64,000 nucleotides of DNA from Patescibacteria group bacterium (GTDB lineage: Bacteria; Patescibacteriota; Microgenomatia; Levybacterales; UBA12049). The stretch covers positions 15,543-79,542 of the forward strand of contig BPJB01000001.1 in NCBI GenBank assembly GCA_026004395.1. Direction: 5' to 3'. The notes below the pieces were generated by a model. That model saw only the letters and a list, made by a program, of their open reading frames with translations, did not search any database and was not told the DNA's origin. The position numbers were made by a program, and so were the translations under genes. Shown here one piece after another: positions 28,402 to 39,497 of the stretch; positions within the stretch are counted from its first letter, which is position 1, and every line of letters begins with the position of its first letter.

Positions 28402-28749
28402 ATGAAAAAAATTTTTTATATTCTGATCATTATTATCTCAATTTATATCATCAATAATTTGATTAGATCTATTTATAATCTTTGGCAAAAACAAGATCTT
28501 GTTACACAGGCAAGAGAAGAACTTCAGAAAGAAAAAAATAAAAATGCCAAGTTGAATGATCAACTTCTACAGGTAAAACGTCCTGAGTTTATTGAAGAGG
28601 AAGCTCGTAATAAACTTTTTATGGTCAAAAAAGGAGAAAGCATTGTCCTTATTCCCGAGAATGTCTTTAATCACAAAACAATTTCAGAAAAGATGAAAGA
28701 GAAAAAATCTCATTGGCAGGAATGGCTTGAATTTTTCTTGATTCAATAA
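28402..28749 (+). CDS. cell-division protein FtsB/DivIC-like (septum formation initiator)
   Basis: N-terminal TM, coiled coil, then PEFIEEEARNKLFMVKKGESIV, which matches the FtsB/DivIC C-terminal motif. Confidence 0.7.
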   Translation: MKKIFYILIIIISIYIINNLIRSIYNLWQKQDLVTQAREELQKEKNKNAKLNDQLLQVKRPEFIEEEARNKLFMVKKGESIVLIPENVFNHKTISEKMKEKKSHWQEWLEFFLIQ

Positions 28750-28752
28750 AAA

Positions 28753-28780
28753 CAGCTCAAAAATCTTGAGCTGTTTTTTA
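28753..28780 (+). terminator. intrinsic terminator
   Basis: cagctcaa-aaatc-ttgagctg followed by TTTTTT. Confidence 0.6.
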
Positions 28781-28784
28781 TGTG

Positions 28785-28853
28785 TTGCGGGGCTGGTATC
28801 GAAACCAGACTATGAGATTATGAGCCTCATGTGCGCCTTACACTACCCCGCGC
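28785..28853 (-). tRNA. tRNA-Met-like (anticodon CAU), non-canonical, possibly damaged by 2 single-nt deletions
   Basis: Acceptor CGCGGGG/CCCCGCA (C1.A72 mismatch as in initiator tRNA), U8, anticodon arm UGAGG-CUCAUAA-UCUCA. But the D stem is 3 bp, nt 26 is absent, the T loop is 6 nt and total length is about 68 nt. Confidence 0.45.
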
Positions 28854-28995
28854 GTCGTATTGAATGATTAATAGAAGTTGTTATAATTTCATCAAAACTA
28901 TTTTGTCTAATGCTTCTAGTAAGTTTGAGGTAGTTAGCGTTCCAATTATAACATTTGATTCCTATCGGGTCAAATTGATATACTTGCATATACTT

Positions 28996-29069
28996 GCCAG
29001 GGTAGCTCAGTCGGTTAGAGCACAGCATTCATAACGCTGCGGTCGTGGGTTCAAATCCCACCCCTGGTA
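28996..29069 (+). tRNA. tRNA-Met (anticodon CAU; elongator-like, Ile2/lysidine type not excluded)
   Basis: GCCAGGG..CCCUGGU acceptor (G1.U72), D arm GCUCAGUCGGUUAGAGC, anticodon loop UUCAUAA, T arm GUGGG-UUCAAAU-CCCAC. Confidence 0.8.
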
Positions 29070-29409
29070 CTTCAGTTATATGATTTATCAAGTAGGAGAT
29101 TATTGCTTTGCAATGTTATTTAGCAAGTAGTTAGACCACTAAACCTCAGAGATTTTTATATCTATTTACAGACTTCCTTGAATTCAGAGAATATTTTTTA
29201 TCTTCAAACAGAGTAGAGTATCTACTAACACAAGTGATTAAGTCATCAATGTAGTGGGGGTGAGAAAAAGATTGTTTTAGCTTCTAGTAGTGTATTTCTT
29301 ATTGGGTGAAAAATATGCAGGTATACAGGTATACTTGGAGATTTAAATTTGAATTTTAATATCTTTAGGTTGCACCGTCTCTTTCTGAGATTTCTTTGGA
29401 GATATTTGA

Positions 29410-29967
29410 TCAATTCTTGGTAATATAAAAGTTCCCATAGTATGTTTTGTAACCTCCTTCCCAGAGCATGCGGATAATCTCAACAGCTTCTATCAGCATA
29501 TCTTGGCGGTCATTGATTGGCGGCCATCCCATTCCTACCACATGTTCGTTAAGGTTCTCACCTGTGCCTAATCCTAAAAAGAACCTTCCTTCCAAAAGTG
29601 AGGCAGATGTTGCTGCCGCCTGCGCAATGATAACAGGATGAATTCTCAAAATGGGACAAGTGACTCCTGTTCCCAGTCGGAGATTACTTGTTTTTTGTGA
29701 AATACCCCCTAAAACACTCCAGACAAAAGGTGATTGCCCTTGTTGTTCTATCCAAGGATGGAAATGGTCAGAAATGAGCGCAAAAGTAAAGCCGCTTTTT
29801 TCAGCTTGGGTTGCGTAGTCAATAAGTTGTTTGGGGTTATGTTCCTCTGATGAAAGTGCGTATCCAAGATTAATCATACATAAACTGTAGTGGTTGATTT
29901 CAAAGAAAGGATGAGATATTTGGTAGGAATCTGTAAGAAGAAAGAGGAGTTTTTTGGTACAATACAT
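29410..29967 (-). pseudogene. LLM-class (luciferase-like) flavin-dependent oxidoreductase, N-terminal ~185-aa fragment only
   Basis: LLM N-terminal signature (…ISDHFHPW…LGLGTGENLNEHV…) but only about half of a normal ~330-aa protein. Followed by ~330 bp of non-coding DNA. Confidence 0.5.
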
Positions 29968-29981
29968 TTACTTTACAATCT

Positions 29982-31376
29982 ATGAACTCTTTGCAGGAAA
30001 AATTGCAATTTTTTGCAGGTAAAAAAATCGCTATACTTGGTCTGGGAGTTGAAGGAATCTCAACTGCTAGATTTCTTGCCAAACAAAAAGCCAACCTTGT
30101 GATTTTTGATCAGAAGTCAGAGTCTGGCGTAGATCCTATTTTTATTAAAGAGGCAAAAGATCTAAAAAGTGTTTGTGTTTTAGGAAAGGATGCATTCAAA
30201 TATTTCGCAAAAGAGAGATTTGATATAGTAATACGCAGTCCCGGTATTAACAAAAACGAAGATTTTCTCATTCATTCTGCACGTTCTGGTGCAATAATCA
30301 CTTCACACACACAACTGTTCTTTGACTTTTGTCCCTGTCCGATCATTGGAGTTACTGGTACAAAAGGCAAGGGAACAACATCAACTCTTATCTATGAAAT
30401 GCTCAAAAAAGATGGAAAGGATGCGTATTTGGGAGGGAATATTGGTATTCCTCCATTAGAGTTTATTGATAAACTCTCCAAAAAATCATTGGTCGTTCTT
30501 GAACTTTCATCATTTCAGTTGCATGATCTGCATGCAAGTCCCCATATTGCTGTTATGCTGATGGTTGTTCCGGAACACTTAGATTATCACGATAGTGCAG
30601 AAGATTATGTTGATGCTAAACGGAATATTCTGCGTTTCCAAAGACACACAGATTTTGCTGTCCTTAATAGAGACTATATTGCAACTAATGAATCTGATAT
30701 TTATACAGATGGTAAAGTATATTTTGTTAGTCGTGAAAGAAAAGTAAATGAAGGATGCTATGTACAAAATGGTGCTTTTTGGATACGGCAAAACGGTCAC
30801 GAGAAAAAAATAATTGACACAAAAAATATTTTATTGCCCGGTAGGCACAACTGGGAAAATATCAGTGCTGCTATTATGGCTGCAAAACTTGCTGGAGTAA
30901 AGGAAGAATCAATAGTTTCTGTTCTTAAGACATTTAAAGGATTAGAGCACCGTCTTGAACTTGTAAGAGAAGTCAATGGTGTGCGCTATTTTGATGATTC
31001 ATTTTCAACAACGCCAGAGACAGCAATTGCTGCCATTGAAGCATTTACTGAACCTGAGATTTTGATTTTAGGAGGATCAAGTAAGAACAGTGATTTTACT
31101 CAGCTAGGTAATACGATCAGTAAGGCTTCAAATATAAAAGCAATTATTGGTATAGGAGAGGAATGGAAGAGGATTAAAGAATCACTTCATGATTTACCTC
31201 ACCATGTGTTAATAGTTGAAGGAGCAGATTCAATGCATAAAGCAGTGAGGGCAGCAGCTGCAATTGCCAGACGGGGAGATGTCGTCATTCTATCTCCAGC
31301 CTGTGCTAGTTTTGATATGTTCAAAAATTATAAAGAGCGGGGAAATATCTTTAAGGAGGAAGTATTCAAACTTTAA
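29982..31376 (+). CDS. murD: UDP-N-acetylmuramoyl-L-alanine--D-glutamate ligase
   Basis: 464 aa; N-terminal Rossmann (ILGLGVEG), Mur ligase P-loop GVTGTKGKGTTS. Confidence 0.9.
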   Translation: MNSLQEKLQFFAGKKIAILGLGVEGISTARFLAKQKANLVIFDQKSESGVDPIFIKEAKDLKSVCVLGKDAFKYFAKERFDIVIRSPGINKNEDFLIHSARSGAIITSHTQLFFDFCPCPIIGVTGTKGKGTTSTLIYEMLKKDGKDAYLGGNIGIPPLEFIDKLSKKSLVVLELSSFQLHDLHASPHIAVMLMVVPEHLDYHDSAEDYVDAKRNILRFQRHTDFAVLNRDYIATNESDIYTDGKVYFVSRERKVNEGCYVQNGAFWIRQNGHEKKIIDTKNILLPGRHNWENISAAIMAAKLAGVKEESIVSVLKTFKGLEHRLELVREVNGVRYFDDSFSTTPETAIAAIEAFTEPEILILGGSSKNSDFTQLGNTISKASNIKAIIGIGEEWKRIKESLHDLPHHVLIVEGADSMHKAVRAAAAIARRGDVVILSPACASFDMFKNYKERGNIFKEEVFKL

Positions 31377-31393
31377 CTAAAATTAAAATTTAG

Positions 31394-32692
<1,299 letters not shown>

Positions 32693-32702
32693 TATAAAAA
32701 GA

Positions 32703-33369
32703 TTATTTTACAGATTTTTTTGGATGTCTCCAGTAATCTCGCCGAGCTTTCAATATATCAACTCTATGGTAGGGATGTTTTATTGCTCTTTGTATTACTT
32801 CCTCAACAAGACCAACGTTTGCCTCAAGATCTTCTCGACGAAACGCTTTTAAAAGTTCACTGCTTTGAATAATTGCTACGTTTTCACTCGTATAGATATC
32901 AATATAATCATAATCACCAGCAACAATTTTTTCCGGCAAACCATAGGGAAGATTGGTAAAAGGATTATACTGCAATAAAGGAAGAGAAATACGCTCTGAA
33001 AATTTTGCAATTAGTTCTTGCTCTTCTTCGGTAAGTCGAATTTTATCTCCCCAGCGTAAACGATACAGGGTATAATAATGAGGACTCTCCTTGTACATCT
33101 TTTTCTATAATTTGTTTTTTATCTAGAGTGGAGTTTTTAGCCTGGGTAATGCTATCTACGGTATGCATGAGTTTGAAGAGAATTAACTCAAGTATGTGAT
33201 TTATATTTTCAGCTTTTTCTTCTCTTCTTCGGGATGGTAAAAGGAAGGGATAAAGGTGCACATTATTTTGCAAAAGCGCACTTTTTTGATGGGGAATAAT
33301 AAATTCCTGCCACTCAACTGCCTCTGGTATCTCACCAAAATTCATTTGGCGATACCATTCTTTGTTCAT
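32703..33369 (-). CDS. hypothetical protein split by a frameshift in an A6 run (track ORFs 33043..33369 and 32703..33098)
   Basis: Two overlapping same-strand ORFs whose products look like one ~235-aa protein. The junction is at the aaaaaa run near 33100. Confidence 0.4.
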
Positions 33370-33541
33370 TCTAAGATTATTATGGATTGTCGTTGTAGCA
33401 AGATGCCTTGGTATCCTAAAAGATTAGTATTTAGTATTATCTAATTCTTTTGTGAACATGCTACAATAGCGGTATGCAAAGAATAACTTTTTTACAGCTA
33501 CAATCTCATTGTTGTATACAGTTTAATAAGAAGGAAATAAG

Positions 33542-34524
33542 ATGAATAGGAAAAGAGTGTATTCTGGTATACGCGCGACGGGAAGATTGCATCTTGGGAA
33601 TTACCTTGGTGCAGTCAAGGGAATGCTTGAGCTACAGGAGAAGTACGATTGTATTTTTTCTGTAGTTGATTTACATGCAATTACGACTCCGTATGACCCT
33701 AAAACACTTAAGCAATCTGTGAGAGAGGTGATACTGGATTATCTTGGTGCAGGAGTGGATCCGAATAAGTGTTTACTTGAGATACAGTCTCGCGTTCCAG
33801 AGCATACAGAACTTGCGTATTATTTATCTACGATTTATCCTGTTGCCCGTCTTGGAGGATCTCCCAACGTATAAAGACAAAAAGGCTCAGCACCCAAAAT
33901 ATGTGAATATGGGTCTTCTATATTATCCCATACTTAATGGCAGCGGATATTTTGCTTTATAAAGCTGAGCTTGTTCCGGTTGGGATTGATCAGGAGCCCC
34001 ATATTGAGGTTACCCGCGAGATTGCTCGCAAATTTAACAGTATGTTTGGAGACACATTTCCCGAGCCCAAAAGATTTGCAACAGCGGGTGAGTATATACC
34101 ATCGCTTTTAGGAGAAGGGAAGATGAGCAAGTCAGTGGAGGGAAGTTATATTTCTCTAACTGATGATTTGGAAACAATCAAGCGCCGTCTAGCTGCTGCT
34201 CCTACTGATAGCGGAAAGACCGGTGGGGAAGTGCCAAAAACTGGAGGAGTTGCTCATCTTTTTACTCTTTTGAAACTTTTTTCTCTAGAGCTCTATGAAA
34301 AGTACGCCAAGGATTATCAAGAAGGAAAGATTCGCTATAGCGATATGAAATCGGATCTTGCACAGTTAATTTTTAATGAACTTCAACCTTTCCAAAAGAA
34401 GCGCAAAGAGTTTGAAAACAATCCTCAACTTGTTGATGCAATTTTGGATGAACATACTCATCAACTTCGCAGAATGGCGCAGTCTACAATACAAGAAGTA
34501 AAACAAAAGATGGGTTTTCTTTGA
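33542..34524 (+). CDS. trpS: tryptophan--tRNA ligase, interrupted by two 1-nt frameshifts (about 33850 and 33940)
   Basis: HIGH-like GRLHLGNYLG; the middle ...LEDLPTYKDKKAQ...LLYYPIL is only in a third frame; the KMSKS region (KMSKSVEG) in 33937..34524. Confidence 0.85.
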
Positions 34525-34881
34525 TGTGAGTAAAAGAGAAGAGTAGAATATTGCTTAAAAACTGTTTAATTGGTAATGTTTATAATCAATCTACGCGTGT
34601 GCAAGACTAGACAAAATTTAATTGATGAGAGTCATTAATTCATCTTACATTAGAGTTTCATGTATATTCACTCCTTAAGTTATAATTTCTTTAGCGGGAA
34701 AAATTATTTTTTTAATAGAGGGTAGAGGATGATAAAGTATTGAAAAAAATACGAATGATACTGTTTGATATAGTTTTTTCACAAGATTTTAATTACTTTT
34801 CACAAAATAAAAGTCATAAATAAAATGTGGATAACTTTCTCAAATGATTGACTGATTAATTAAAGAATTGTATGCTAAATT

Positions 34882-36026
34882 ATGGACTATCCCAAAACTT
34901 TTCCTCTAGGTCTGACCTTTGATGACGTTCTTCTTCTCCCTGGATTTAGTGATTTTTCCCGCTCTGAAATTTCTCTTGAAGACACAGATCACTAAAAAAC
35001 TGCGTTTGCAGATTCCTTTTATATCCTCACCCATGGACACGGTCACAGAACACAAGCTGGCGATTGCGCTTGGTAAAATGGGAGGACTGGGCATAATCCA
35101 TAGAAATCTGCTTATAGCTGATCAGGTGGCAGAGGTAAAAGCTGTCAAAGCAAAAGGACTTTTGGTGGGAGCTGCTGTGGGTGTTGGTAAGGGTTTTGAA
35201 GCATCGTGTTGAAGCGCTCATTGAGGCAGGGGTTGATATTATTGTCATAGATTCTGCTCATGGTTATTCTGCTCCTGTCCTCTCTACTCTACGTTGGATT
35301 AAGCAAAAATATTCTGCGACGCAAGTAATGGCAGGCAGTGTGGCAACATATGATGGTGCCCGAGCTCTTATTGATGCAGGTGCAGACTGTCTTCGTGTTG
35401 GTATGGGACCTGGTGCAATTTGCACCACGCGAATCATATCAGGAATGGGTGTACCGCAGATCACTGCTCTTCTTGAGACAGTAAAGGCTGCAAGAGCGGC
35501 TGGAATTCCAATAATTGCTGATGGAGGGATTAAATACTCAGGAGATATGGTCAAAGCCTTGGCAGCAGGCGCCTCAGCTTGTATGATGGGTTCTTTTTTT
35601 GCTTCTGCTGAGGAGTCTCCCGGTGAAGTTCATGTTCTAGACCGTGCTCATGTCCCCCACCGTTTTCAAAGCATTCTGACGCAGAGAGAGACATATAAGT
35701 TCAAATCTTATCGTGGAATGGGATCTGTCGGAGCTATGCAACAAGGAGCGAAAATAAAATCTGAAGATGAGTTTCATGGCAAAAATTACTACAAAGATCG
35801 AGTGCTTGTTGCTGAGGGTGTAGAAGGTTTGGTACCTATTAAGGGGACAGTTAGAGAGTTAGTTGAACAATCAATTGGTGGTATCAAATCAGGAATGTAT
35901 TATGTAGGTGCGAGAACAATAGAAGAATTGTGGAAGAAAGCGCAGTTTATCCAAATCACACAAGCATCACTTACAGAATCTCATCCTCATGATATTCTTA
36001 TTACCAATCCTGGCGATAACTATTAG
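34882..36026 (+). CDS. guaB: IMP dehydrogenase (CBS-domain-less form), interrupted by two frameshifts (about 34960 and 35195)
   Basis: N-terminus [23 protein letters not shown]…; [13 protein letters not shown]; catalytic Cys loop [11 protein letters not shown]; [11 protein letters not shown]. There is no CBS insert between ...[18 protein letters not shown]. Confidence 0.85.
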
Positions 36027-36080
36027 AGATAAGCCTCAAGACCTTTAGCGGGAATAAAACTAGACTCAAAGGCAGTAGCA

Positions 36081-37052
36081 TTACATACCTTCCAGCTGCT
36101 CTTGGGTGAGGATATTCTCCTTTTTAAGAAATAGAAATTGCTCTTTTAGCTGTGCGCCTTCAATCATCTCCGGCCAATCAGTATTGATTGTAAACTTGAC
36201 ACCGTATTTTATAAATGTATGCAGAATGCGACGAAGTTCAGCAATGTTCTTCACTGCACGTGTTGCTAGGTTTGAAAGTGGACAGACCTCAAGTACAATA
36301 TTTCTCTTGACAATCTCTTTCATAAGTGAACTATCAGAGGCAGCATGAATACCATGTCCTATTCGATCAGGAGAGATATATTCAAGAGCTTCCCAGAGAT
36401 CATTGTTATTTCTAACTTCTCCAGTATGGACAGTAATTTTTAATCCTGCCTTGCGGGCTTTTTGAAAAAGATTTCTATAATCTTTGAAATTAAATCTAGG
36501 ATCTATAGGTCCAGCAACATCTATTCCCACTACTCCCCTCTTGTGATACTTTATGGCTTTCTCAACAATAATTGCATTTTGTTCATAAGAAAACTCGCGA
36601 GCAAGACTAAATATTAATCCAGCTGACAATTTGGGATATTCAAGTAGAGCTCTCTCCATTCCACGTAGCATAGCCATAATGACATGATCCAGATCAATAG
36701 TTCCACCATGATTATGTTTCATTGGGTTATTGCGAAGCTCAAGAAGAATAATATTGTTTGCTCTATAAGCTCCTCCCATAATCTGATGTGTTGCATGTTC
36801 AACAGCGTGTGTTCCGGATGAGAGCCGATCCAATAAAGGATGGTATATTTTCTCGAAGTACGTATTAAGTGGCATGGTGCGTTTAGATGAAAGGCGTATA
36901 AACTCTTTAAATTCATGATAATCACGTTTTGGAAGTTTAAATCCTTGATCATGAGCTATCTGCCAGTAGATAGATGGATGAATAGATGCTCCCAAATGAG
37001 CATGAAGTTCAGCCAGTGGAAAATTGGGAAATGATGAGCTATTTGAATCCAT
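36081..37052 (-). CDS. adenosine/AMP deaminase-family metallo-hydrolase
   Basis: HAHLGAS (HxH), ITVHTGE, EVCPLSN and TINTDWP motifs. The last differs from the canonical NTDDP. Confidence 0.78.
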   Translation of the reverse strand: MDSNSSSFPNFPLAELHAHLGASIHPSIYWQIAHDQGFKLPKRDYHEFKEFIRLSSKRTMPLNTYFEKIYHPLLDRLSSGTHAVEHATHQIMGGAYRANNIILLELRNNPMKHNHGGTIDLDHVIMAMLRGMERALLEYPKLSAGLIFSLAREFSYEQNAIIVEKAIKYHKRGVVGIDVAGPIDPRFNFKDYRNLFQKARKAGLKITVHTGEVRNNNDLWEALEYISPDRIGHGIHAASDSSLMKEIVKRNIVLEVCPLSNLATRAVKNIAELRRILHTFIKYGVKFTINTDWPEMIEGAQLKEQFLFLKKENILTQEQLEGM

Positions 37053-37114
37053 AATCCATTTTAAATACTATTGTCTCTTTTCGCAAGAAAACACCTTAAG
37101 TTATAATAAGTTGC

Positions 37115-38641
37115 ATGATTTATGTAGTTGATTTTGGATCTCAGACTGCGCATCTTATAAAGCGACGAATAAGAGATTTAGGAGCTATAACGAAATTTAT
37201 TACTCCAGATGAAATAATGGCTGCAATACAAAAAGAAAAACCCCATGGGATTATCCTCTCTGGTGGACCAGCCTCAGTCTATGACTCAAACTCCCCTACT
37301 CTTGGGAAGGAGATTTTCTCAATGAACATTCCTCTTCTTGCGATTTGTTATGGTATGCAGTTGATGATGCAGCTGTTGGGTGGGACTGTTGTCTCGGGGA
37401 AAAAAGAATATGGTCCTTCTGTTCTTGTACGCATCTCAAATAAAGGAAAGTTATTAAAAGGTGTTCCGCCTCGATCTACGGTTTGGATGAGTCATGGAGA
37501 TGAGGTAGTAGTACTTCCTCAAGGGTTTGAAACAATTGCATCAACAGATAATGTCCAATATGCTTGTGTAGCTGACCTAAAGAAAAAACTTTTTGGGATG
37601 CTTTTTCATCCTGAAGTTGAACATACAGAGTACGGAGAAGTTATACTAAAAAATTTTGTTGAGCTTTGTAATACTCCTCTTATTCAAAAGGAAATAGATA
37701 TTCAAGAATTAGAAAAAAGTATTCGTCGGGAAGTTGGAGAGGCATATGTGATTGGCGCGGTATCAGGCGGAGTGGATTCTACTGTAGCCGCAGCTCTTAC
37801 CGCGCGGGCAATAGGAAAAAAATTTGTGCCTTTTTATGTTGATAATGGTCTAATGCGCGAGGGAACAACTCAGCAAGTTAAAGCAATTTTTAAACACCTT
37901 GGTGTTTCAGTAGATATCATCGAGGTTGAGGAAGAGATGCTTGAGAGACTGAAAGGAATTGATGAACCTGAAGAAAAACGGAAGATAATTGGCAACTTTT
38001 ATATCGAACTTTTCGAAAGAGAAATGAAAAAGCTTAAAACAGCTGGAAAAGATGTTGAGTTTCTTCTTCAAGGGACAATCTACTCGGATGTGATTGAGAG
38101 CAAAGGAACTAAATATGCAAGTAAAATTAAGTCGCATCATAATGTTTTGGGACTTCCCAAAAAAATGAAATTAAAGTTGTTGGAGCCTTTAAGAAATTTT
38201 TATAAAGATGAGGTAAGAGAACTTGGTATCAAACTTGGGCTTCCTGATTCTTTTGTATACCAACAGCCCTTTCCCGGTCCTGGATACGCTATAAGGATTC
38301 GGGGTGAGGTGACAAAAGATAGACTCGAAAAAGAGCGAATTGCAGATAGAATTGTCCTTGAAGAATTAAAAAAAGCTGGTTTTTTGCAAAAAGTATTTAT
38401 TTCTTTTCCTGTTTTAACAGGTGCTTTTTCCACAGCAGTTAAAGGTGATGGAAGATTTTTTGGAGAAGTGATTGCACTTCGTGTTGTTGAGTCAAAAGAT
38501 GTAATGACTTCAAAATGGTCGCACCTACCCTACTCACTTTTACAAGTGATATCCAGTCGTATTGTCAATGAGGTCCCTGGTATTTCGCGGGTAGTGTATG
38601 ATATCACAACTAAACCTCCTGCCACGATGGAATGGGAGTAA
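37115..38641 (+). CDS. guaA: GMP synthase (glutamine-hydrolysing)
   Basis: GATase domain (ICYGMQ, HPE) and ATP-PPase domain (SGGVDSTV); 508 aa. Confidence 0.95.
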   Translation: MIYVVDFGSQTAHLIKRRIRDLGAITKFITPDEIMAAIQKEKPHGIILSGGPASVYDSNSPTLGKEIFSMNIPLLAICYGMQLMMQLLGGTVVSGKKEYGPSVLVRISNKGKLLKGVPPRSTVWMSHGDEVVVLPQGFETIASTDNVQYACVADLKKKLFGMLFHPEVEHTEYGEVILKNFVELCNTPLIQKEIDIQELEKSIRREVGEAYVIGAVSGGVDSTVAAALTARAIGKKFVPFYVDNGLMREGTTQQVKAIFKHLGVSVDIIEVEEEMLERLKGIDEPEEKRKIIGNFYIELFEREMKKLKTAGKDVEFLLQGTIYSDVIESKGTKYASKIKSHHNVLGLPKKMKLKLLEPLRNFYKDEVRELGIKLGLPDSFVYQQPFPGPGYAIRIRGEVTKDRLEKERIADRIVLEELKKAGFLQKVFISFPVLTGAFSTAVKGDGRFFGEVIALRVVESKDVMTSKWSHLPYSLLQVISSRIVNEVPGISRVVYDITTKPPATMEWE

Positions 38642-39430
38642 TTATTTTTGGGAAGGCGCAGAGAGAATAAATTTTTCAATAACAGTTGCTGCGCCATCTT
38701 CCGTGACTGAGGGAGCTATATAATCAGCGATTGCTTTGAGATCAGCAATCGCATTACCCATCGCTACTTTTAGTCCGCATGCCATCAAGAGAGAAAAATC
38801 GTTATAGCTGTCCCCTACTCCGATCATCTCTTGAGGACTAACATTAATTCGTTTTCCGACCTCATATATACCGTGTAGTTTTGTTGCTTTTGCATGAGTG
38901 ATATTAATTCCATATTTATTAGGATGTTTATGCCGAGATTTATAGAGTGTAATATTGGATAAATGAGAGAGTGTATTGATAACACTATTAGCCTTATCTT
39001 CAGAAAGTATTTCATCCGTAAAGAACATATAGGCATTTTCAAATGTTTGTCCGTTTTGGAATGTTTGCAATGCGCAGGAATATTCATGGTGATTTTGTTT
39101 TAGATAAAATGGTATATTTTCCTGCTGGAGAAAAGAGATGATCTCTTCTGCATCCTGCTTTTCTATAGGTTGATCATAAACAATAGTACCCTTTGAGAGT
39201 TCAATAACTTGAGCACCATTATTAATAACAGCATAACCTGTATTTAGATCTAGTTTTTTTAGAATTTCTTTAAGGAATCCATATGATCGTCCTGTAACAA
39301 GAGAAACTGTGACGTATTTTTGAGCTTTTTTGATCGCCTCAGCAACAGTATCAGATGGCAGTGCGGAATAGTTATAAGGGATGAGTGTCCCATCAACATC
39401 GAACATTATTGCTTTGTAACGCATAGGCAC
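38642..39430 (-). CDS. Cof-type HAD-IIB family phosphatase
   Basis: FDVDGTL motif I, GVGDSYND motif, 262 aa. Confidence 0.85.
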   Translation of the reverse strand: MPMRYKAIMFDVDGTLIPYNYSALPSDTVAEAIKKAQKYVTVSLVTGRSYGFLKEILKKLDLNTGYAVINNGAQVIELSKGTIVYDQPIEKQDAEEIISFLQQENIPFYLKQNHHEYSCALQTFQNGQTFENAYMFFTDEILSEDKANSVINTLSHLSNITLYKSRHKHPNKYGINITHAKATKLHGIYEVGKRINVSPQEMIGVGDSYNDFSLLMACGLKVAMGNAIADLKAIADYIAPSVTEDGAATVIEKFILSAPSQK

Positions 39431-39497
39431 ATATTGTAATGAGTTATTTATTGCTATTCAAGCCTCATGTATCATTATCTTTGAATCATGCTACAAT

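Noticed and set aside
10664-29335. Recurring 8-mer tatacttg near promoters and tRNAs (10670, 10694, about 28965, 28975, 29328)
   Set aside because: The expected number of occurrences of such an AT-rich 8-mer on both strands of 64 kb is about 4-5, so not significant.
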